This document shows, piece after piece, positions 58,359-62,277 of a stretch of 62,277 nucleotides of DNA (the first letter of the stretch is position 1; every line of letters begins with the position of its first letter). The position numbers were made by a program, and so were the translations under genes. This DNA is from an uncultured Candidatus Poseidoniales archaeon. Lineage in GTDB: Archaea; Thermoplasmatota; Poseidoniia; Poseidoniales; Thalassarchaeaceae. The stretch spans positions 1 through 62,277 of the forward strand of contig CACGHY010000003.1 of NCBI GenBank assembly GCA_902573085.1, in the 5' to 3' direction. The notes under the pieces were generated by a model. It was not told where the DNA came from, did no database searches, and saw nothing but the letters and a program-made list of their open reading frames with translations.

Positions 58359-59309
58359 TTAACTATGATCAACGATTTTTGAACTCAAGTCAGAACCCTC
58401 TGGGATCCTAGCCCTCATCCCTATCAGGCACCCATCGATGTTACAGTTTGGGCCTATTTCCGCCCCCTCCAGAACAACTGAGTCCCGAACAACTGATCCT
58501 TCCTCGATGCAGGCTCCGAAACCTATCGTGCTTGAGAAAACCTCTCCTTTGTTAGTAGAACCTTCTCCGAACCATGAGTCTCTGTCAACTGAACCGCTGG
58601 AAAAACTACCAGCCGAGATACATGCTTGGCTCGCTTCTACGAACGATTGAGGAGTCCCCGCATCAACGAACCATCCTTCGAATGGGAAGCCATTCAAGCC
58701 ACCGGTTTTAGCTAGGTTCTCGTATACATCCCTCTCCATGCTATGCGCTCCGTCGGGCATCAAATTGAATATCTCAGGCTCTAGGATGTATGCTCCCGCA
58801 TTAATCAAATTGGAGAAAGCCTCCTCTATCGAGGGTTTCTCTTGGAACCTCATTATCTTTCCACTCTCCTCCCTGTAGTCGGCGACACCAAATCGGGACG
58901 GATCCTCAACCTCCCACAGCGAGATGGTTCCAATCCCTCCGTTACTCCTGTGGAATTCAAGCATCTCTTCCACTCTGAGACTGGTAATTAGGTCTCCGTT
59001 GATTACGCAGAATGTGCCTCCAGAGAGATGCTCTCTGCAGTTGGCAATGGCCCCTCCAGTACCCAGTGGCTCGGTTTCCTCGATTATCTCTACCTCGTAG
59101 GGGAGACTAACTTTGGAGAAGTGATCTCGCATCTTCTCTATTCCATAACCAGCGGCAATGAGTATTCTATTGACTTGAGATTCAGGAATTATCCCCACAA
59201 CATGCTCAATCATCGTCTTGTCCAGAATTGGTAAGAGGGGCTTCGGGATGCTTTCTGTCCAAGGACGGAGCCTTGTTCCGAAACCTCCAGCGAGAACTAT
59301 GACATCCAT
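58359..59309 (-). CDS. Sugar-phosphate nucleotidyltransferase (mannose-1-phosphate guanylyltransferase-like)
   Basis: LAGGFGTRLRP, PKPLLP, EPLGTGG, INGD, INAGAY, VDAGTP, hexapeptide tail. Confidence 0.9.
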   Translation of the reverse strand: MDVIVLAGGFGTRLRPWTESIPKPLLPILDKTMIEHVVGIIPESQVNRILIAAGYGIEKMRDHFSKVSLPYEVEIIEETEPLGTGGAIANCREHLSGGTFCVINGDLITSLRVEEMLEFHRSNGGIGTISLWEVEDPSRFGVADYREESGKIMRFQEKPSIEEAFSNLINAGAYILEPEIFNLMPDGAHSMERDVYENLAKTGGLNGFPFEGWFVDAGTPQSFVEASQACISAGSFSSGSVDRDSWFGEGSTNKGEVFSSTIGFGACIEEGSVVRDSVVLEGAEIGPNCNIDGCLIGMRARIPEGSDLSSKIVDHS

Positions 59310-59392
59310 GGCCGGTGGATTGAGCCTCTGCGTTTGAGCGCTTCGCGTCTGCGATTGTCATAATCTCGATGCGTATCGTTGAAAGACGGACT

Positions 59393-60619
59393 ATGTCTCG
59401 GATGGGTGTGAATATCCACGAGTACCAGGGTAAAGCCCTTTTCAGAGAAGAGGGTGTCGCTGTACAAGAAGGCGTTCACTGCACAACAGTCGACCAGGCT
59501 CTGGAAGCGTACGACTCTCTTGGAAGCAAGGTCGTCGCCGTCAAGAGCCAGATACATGCGGGAGGACGCGGGAAAGGGTATCTCTATTGCCCCGACACTG
59601 GCGATTTGCAAATGGAGGGAGGAGTCAAGATTGCCTTATCGCGTGACGAGGTCGAGACCTATTCCAAAAACATCCTAGGGAACATTCTGGTCACCAAGCA
59701 GTCCGGTCCAGAAGGTAAGATGGTGAACAACCTGTACATAGAGGCAGGGTGTGAAATCGCCCATGAGTATTACCTCGCTCTCTTAGTCGACCGAGAAGAG
59801 GATGCCATCTTGGTGATGGCTTCAACTGAGGGGGGTGTTGACATAGAGGAGGTTGCTGAGACTACTCCTCAGGCTATTCACAAAGCTTGGACCGACCCAT
59901 CGGGGAAACTGCCTACTGGGGCTGACAGTGCGATGGCTGACTCCCTAGGACTCACAGGCGTATCAAAGGAGTCGTTCATAGAGATGCTAGGGCGCCTGGT
60001 TTCTATGTTCGTATCACGGGACTGTTCTATGGTTGAGATTAATCCTCTTGTGAGAACAGGAGATGGTGCGATGATCGCACTAGACTCCAAGATAAGTTTC
60101 GATGACAACGCCTCATTCAGGCATCCCTGGAGAGCGGAGATGAGAGACATGTCTGAAGAGGAAGAGGTCGAGATTAGGGCCAATAAATCCGGCCTGTCAT
60201 ACGTCAAATTGGATGGAAATATCGGTTGTCTGGTCAATGGAGCAGGATTAGCTATGGCCTCAATGGATGTGATAAAACTATACGGGGGCGAGCCTGCAAA
60301 CTTCCTCGACATTGGGGGAGGGGCCAACAAGGAGTCAATCACTACTGCCTTCGGAATAATTCTCGAGGATTCAAATGTAGAGGGCATTCTAGTGAATATC
60401 TTCGGAGGAATCATTCGCTGTGATATGGTGGCTAGGAGCATAATCGATGCATCCAGGGAAGTCGGGCTTTCTGTTCCACTGGTGGTTAGATTCTCAGGAA
60501 CGAACCACGAAGAAGGAAGGGAAGTACTTGAGGAGAGCTCTCTGGAAGTCACCACCGTAGGTACGCTTGCCGATGGTGCCCAAGCAATCGTCGCTGCAAC
60601 AGTTGGGGTGGGCGCTTGA
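59393..60619 (+). CDS. sucC: Succinyl-CoA synthetase beta subunit
   Basis: [56 protein letters not shown]. Start uncertain within 59369-59408. Confidence 0.96.
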   Translation: MSRMGVNIHEYQGKALFREEGVAVQEGVHCTTVDQALEAYDSLGSKVVAVKSQIHAGGRGKGYLYCPDTGDLQMEGGVKIALSRDEVETYSKNILGNILVTKQSGPEGKMVNNLYIEAGCEIAHEYYLALLVDREEDAILVMASTEGGVDIEEVAETTPQAIHKAWTDPSGKLPTGADSAMADSLGLTGVSKESFIEMLGRLVSMFVSRDCSMVEINPLVRTGDGAMIALDSKISFDDNASFRHPWRAEMRDMSEEEEVEIRANKSGLSYVKLDGNIGCLVNGAGLAMASMDVIKLYGGEPANFLDIGGGANKESITTAFGIILEDSNVEGILVNIFGGIIRCDMVARSIIDASREVGLSVPLVVRFSGTNHEEGREVLEESSLEVTTVGTLADGAQAIVAATVGVGA

Positions 60620-61545
60620 GTATCTGGATAAATGAATCCAGCAAGGTCCTAGTTCAGGGAATTACTGGAGGCCAGGGAACATTCCACGCCACTCGAATGG
60701 CAGAGTACGGGACAGATGTCGTAGGAGGGGTCACGCCTGGTAAGGGTGGCCAAGTGGTCGATCTCCCAGGTCGGTCTGTCCCTGTCTACGATACCATGGG
60801 GCAAGCCATATCCGAAACCGATGCTGATGTTAGCGTGATCTACGTTCCAGCGAGATTCGCAGCAGCAGCAATTGTCGAGGCCGCCGATGCTTTCAACGAA
60901 ATCAAGGGCGAGGGATTGATTGTATGCATTACAGAGGGAATTCCTACTCTTGATATGATAAGATGCGTGGGGCACATTTCGGAAATGCCCGGAATCAGGC
61001 TTATTGGCCCCAATTGTCCAGGAATCATAACTCCAGGAGAAAATGGTGGTTGCAAGGTGGGAATCATGCCAGGATACATTCACGCTAAGGGAAGAATAGG
61101 CATCATCTCGAAGTCTGGTACACTTACCTATGAGGCAGTAGCACAAACAATGGGTGTGGGAGAAGGTCAGACAACTTGCATAGGTATCGGAGGCGATCCT
61201 ATCAGTGGAACTGGATTCATAGACTGTCTTGCTGCCTTTGAGGAGGATCCAGATACCGAGGCCGTTGTGATGATCGGAGAGATTGGTGGGACAGCTGAAG
61301 AAGAGGCTGCGGCTTGGGCTGCAGACAACTTCAGCAAGCCTATTATTGGGTTCGTTGCAGGAGCGACAGCACCTCCCGGCAAGAGAATGGGGCACGCCGG
61401 GGCGATTATCTCCGGTGGAAAGGGAACGGCGGATGAGAAGTTCTCCGCATTCGAGAAGGCAGGGATTCACATCGCCCGTGACCCGTCCAAGATAGGGGAA
61501 GTGCTAGTCTCGGTGTTGGTTGAAGCCGGACTACGAGAGTCTTAG
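60616..61545 (+). CDS. sucD: Succinyl-CoA synthetase alpha subunit
   Basis: [47 protein letters not shown] (phospho-His). Confidence 0.97.
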   Translation: MSIWINESSKVLVQGITGGQGTFHATRMAEYGTDVVGGVTPGKGGQVVDLPGRSVPVYDTMGQAISETDADVSVIYVPARFAAAAIVEAADAFNEIKGEGLIVCITEGIPTLDMIRCVGHISEMPGIRLIGPNCPGIITPGENGGCKVGIMPGYIHAKGRIGIISKSGTLTYEAVAQTMGVGEGQTTCIGIGGDPISGTGFIDCLAAFEEDPDTEAVVMIGEIGGTAEEEAAAWAADNFSKPIIGFVAGATAPPGKRMGHAGAIISGGKGTADEKFSAFEKAGIHIARDPSKIGEVLVSVLVEAGLRES

Positions 61546-61580
61546 TAACGAAAGCACCCAGCATTATCTGATTGGTTACC

Positions 61581-62277
61581 ATGTCTGTCATTTTCAACTC
61601 GGAATTGGACTCAATTCTCGAGGGAACATCACGCTCGTTCTACCTCTCTCTGAAGGAATTACCTAAGGGAATCAGGCCCCAAGTAAGCCTCCTGTACATG
61701 CTTGCACGGACTTCTGACACCATTGCCGACTCGGAAGGAGGAGAACCCAAGGAACTCTTGGCGGCTTTGGAGTCATACGATGATTTCACACAAGGTAGGT
61801 CGTCGGCGGCACCAGAACTGGCTTCCTTATCACGGTTTCAAACCAATAAAAATGAAGGTCTCCTTCTGAAGAATGTAGATACGGTGGTTTCCCGAATTGA
61901 AGGATTTTCTGATTCAGATCAGGAGGCAATTCGCACTTGCTTGGGCATCATCATCAGTGGACAGATTCTAGATCTGAATAGATTCTCTCTTGATGCAGAG
62001 GACATCTCCTGTATAGAGAAAAATGATGAATTAGATGACTATGCATACCGAGTTGCTGGGAGTGTGGGCGAATTCTGGACACGGATGTCGTTAGCCCATC
62101 TTTTCAAATTAGACTCTGAAAAGGAGAGCGAGCTATTCGAGAACGCCGTTAAGTTCGGCAAGTCTCTACAAATGATCAACATCCTTAGAGACATACCAGA
62201 GGACCTAGCTCTAGGTCGATGTTACATACCCAGAAAAAGTCTGGAAGAACACAAATTGAGTCCACAAGACCTATTGG
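61581..62277 (+). CDS. Squalene/phytoene synthase family, squalene-synthase-like (3' truncated; absent from ORF track)
   Basis: Open frame from ATG 61581 to the window end: TSRSFYLSL, YMLARTSDTIAD, DDYAYRVAGSVGEFW, LQMINILRDIPEDLALGRCYIP. Confidence 0.88.
   Translation, partial: MSVIFNSELDSILEGTSRSFYLSLKELPKGIRPQVSLLYMLARTSDTIADSEGGEPKELLAALESYDDFTQGRSSAAPELASLSRFQTNKNEGLLLKNVDTVVSRIEGFSDSDQEAIRTCLGIIISGQILDLNRFSLDAEDISCIEKNDELDDYAYRVAGSVGEFWTRMSLAHLFKLDSEKESELFENAVKFGKSLQMINILRDIPEDLALGRCYIPRKSLEEHKLSPQDLL

Overview
Densely packed archaeal chromosome segment with about 58 genes and one tRNA-Gly(GCC). I found no rRNA, CRISPR array, transposase or integrase. The gene mix points by inference to a Thermoplasmatota marine heterotroph, most likely Marine Group II (Ca. 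Poseidoniales). Archaeal-type genes: TPI, thermosome, Bud32-RdgB pair, Taw2, JAMM protease, stand-alone Lrp domains. Bacterial-type genes: DnaK, UvrC, ThrRS, PepE, Orn, ArcC, PPK2, SixA. The window also carries several peptidases, beta-oxidation enzymes, glycosyltransferases and very large membrane-anchored surface proteins. Most notable observations: (1) three unannotated, tightly spaced minus-strand micro-ORFs (22, 26, 46 aa; the last a CxxC/CxxC Zn-ribbon) divergent from a run of three wHTH regulators; (2) a wHTH-STAND NTPase, two DNA-binding-less Lrp domains and a palindrome at the promoter of a 1542-aa surface protein; (3) an M29 aminopeptidase homologue that appears to have lost 4 of 6 metal ligands; (4) dispersed lipid-related genes (AUR1/PAP2 fusion, PI-PLC-like lipoprotein, possible mevalonate-3-phosphate 5-kinase, and a squalene-synthase-like gene missed by the ORF track); (5) five convergent gene pairs overlapping by exactly 4 nt at their stop codons. 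All family calls come from motif recognition, not database searches.
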